A stretch of DNA of 64,000 nucleotides, from positions 1 through 64,000 of the IMG/VR virus record IMGVR_UViG_3300045988_072028, one strand, 5' to 3'. Source of the DNA: a virus. Position 1 is the stretch's first letter; the number at the start of each line of letters is the position of its first letter. A model generated the notes under the pieces. The model saw nothing but the letters and a program-made list of their open reading frames with translations. It did no database searches and was not told the DNA's origin. A program made the position numbers and the translations under genes. This document shows, in pieces, positions 63,592-64,000 of the stretch.

Positions 63592-64000
63592 TTAATCTTT
63601 TTTATTCTTTCTTTTTGACTCATCCCAATTCGATGAATATCTGCATGTCCCTTGTTTATGAATTGAGAAATCGCACCAAAAACACAAGGGCTTGGGGCGG
63701 GGTTCAAGGCAGGCCGGCTGGCGTCCCATGAGGTAGCGTGTCTCGTATTTATACTCTTGCTTGACATCGTCCCAAACGTGAGCTTGATAGCTATTGATTT
63801 TATTTGTTTCGAAATCATACATATCAAGAAGAATATCATTAAGCTCCTTGACTGACCTCTCTACCTTTTCCTTATCTACCTTCACGTTTTGGTTATCCAA
63901 CATACGGGTAAAAAAATAGCTACACATATCTGGTAATACCTTATACTTCCTGTATATATAAAAGGCGTATATCGGATGCTGGAGATTGTGAAGCAATTTA
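63592..64000 (-). CDS. PD-(D/E)XK Cas4/RecB-like nuclease, C-terminal part (N-terminus outside the window)
   Basis: The frame is open to the window edge. QhxxY-like QHPIY motif and C-terminal Cys cluster CFWCDFSIHKQGTC. Confidence 0.6.
   Translation of the reverse strand, partial: KLLHNLQHPIYAFYIYRKYKVLPDMCSYFFTRMLDNQNVKVDKEKVERSVKELNDILLDMYDFETNKINSYQAHVWDDVKQEYKYETRYLMGRQPACLEPRPKPLCFWCDFSIHKQGTCRYSSNWDESKRKNKKD

Overview
This window looks like part of a large tailed-phage genome with crAss-like (Crassvirales-type) organisation, infecting a Bacteroidota host.

**Plus-strand block (nt 1-45944), virion, tail and ejection genes:**
- a 5'-truncated structural protein of more than 2141 aa
- two tail-fibre genes that share an N-terminal anchor motif
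- a 1268-aa multi-domain peptidoglycan-degrading virion protein (LysM + YkuD-like + SLT-like + tail-lysozyme-like)
- a run of giant proteins (910, 1007, about 1625, 745 and 2148 aa)
- a Cys/Gln/Asn-rich small-gene module
- BACON/Ig-like proteins
- an antirepressor-like gene

**Minus-strand block (nt 45994-64000):** it starts after a 12-bp bidirectional terminator (45950-45983). It holds about 40 tightly packed, often ATGA-coupled early/replication-type genes:
- two HAD phosphatases
- a DEDDh exonuclease
- C5- and N6/N4-type DNA methyltransferases
- a DUF5664-like pyrophosphohydrolase
- a DHH/DHHA1 phosphoesterase
- an SF2 helicase
- a Cas4/RecB-like nuclease fragment
- an apparently intact TnpB (IS200/IS605-type) element that interrupts the block

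**Host inference** rests on three things: repeated TAnnTTTG -7 boxes 16-36 nt upstream of start codons, the absence of Shine-Dalgarno sequences, and BACON-like domains.

**Not found:** rRNA, tRNA, CRISPR array, integrase or reverse transcriptase.

**Most interesting signals:**
1. An about 90-nt twin-hairpin leader occurs twice (25199-25290 and 36960-37054). The two copies have identical, mutually complementary 8-nt loops and fully covarying stems.
2. G11/C9/C9 homopolymer tracts sit at fixed positions upstream of the two tail-fibre genes and a BACON-like gene.
3. Tail fibre 1 has an adenine-depleted lectin-fold 3' end that resembles a DGR variable region.
4. A promoter, leader and N-terminal domain are shared by the giant proteins.
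5. The TnpB cassette sits next to an orphan methyltransferase operon.
6. Two in-frame TGA codons are followed by coding-like extensions.

Functional calls come from motif recognition by eye. No searches were run.
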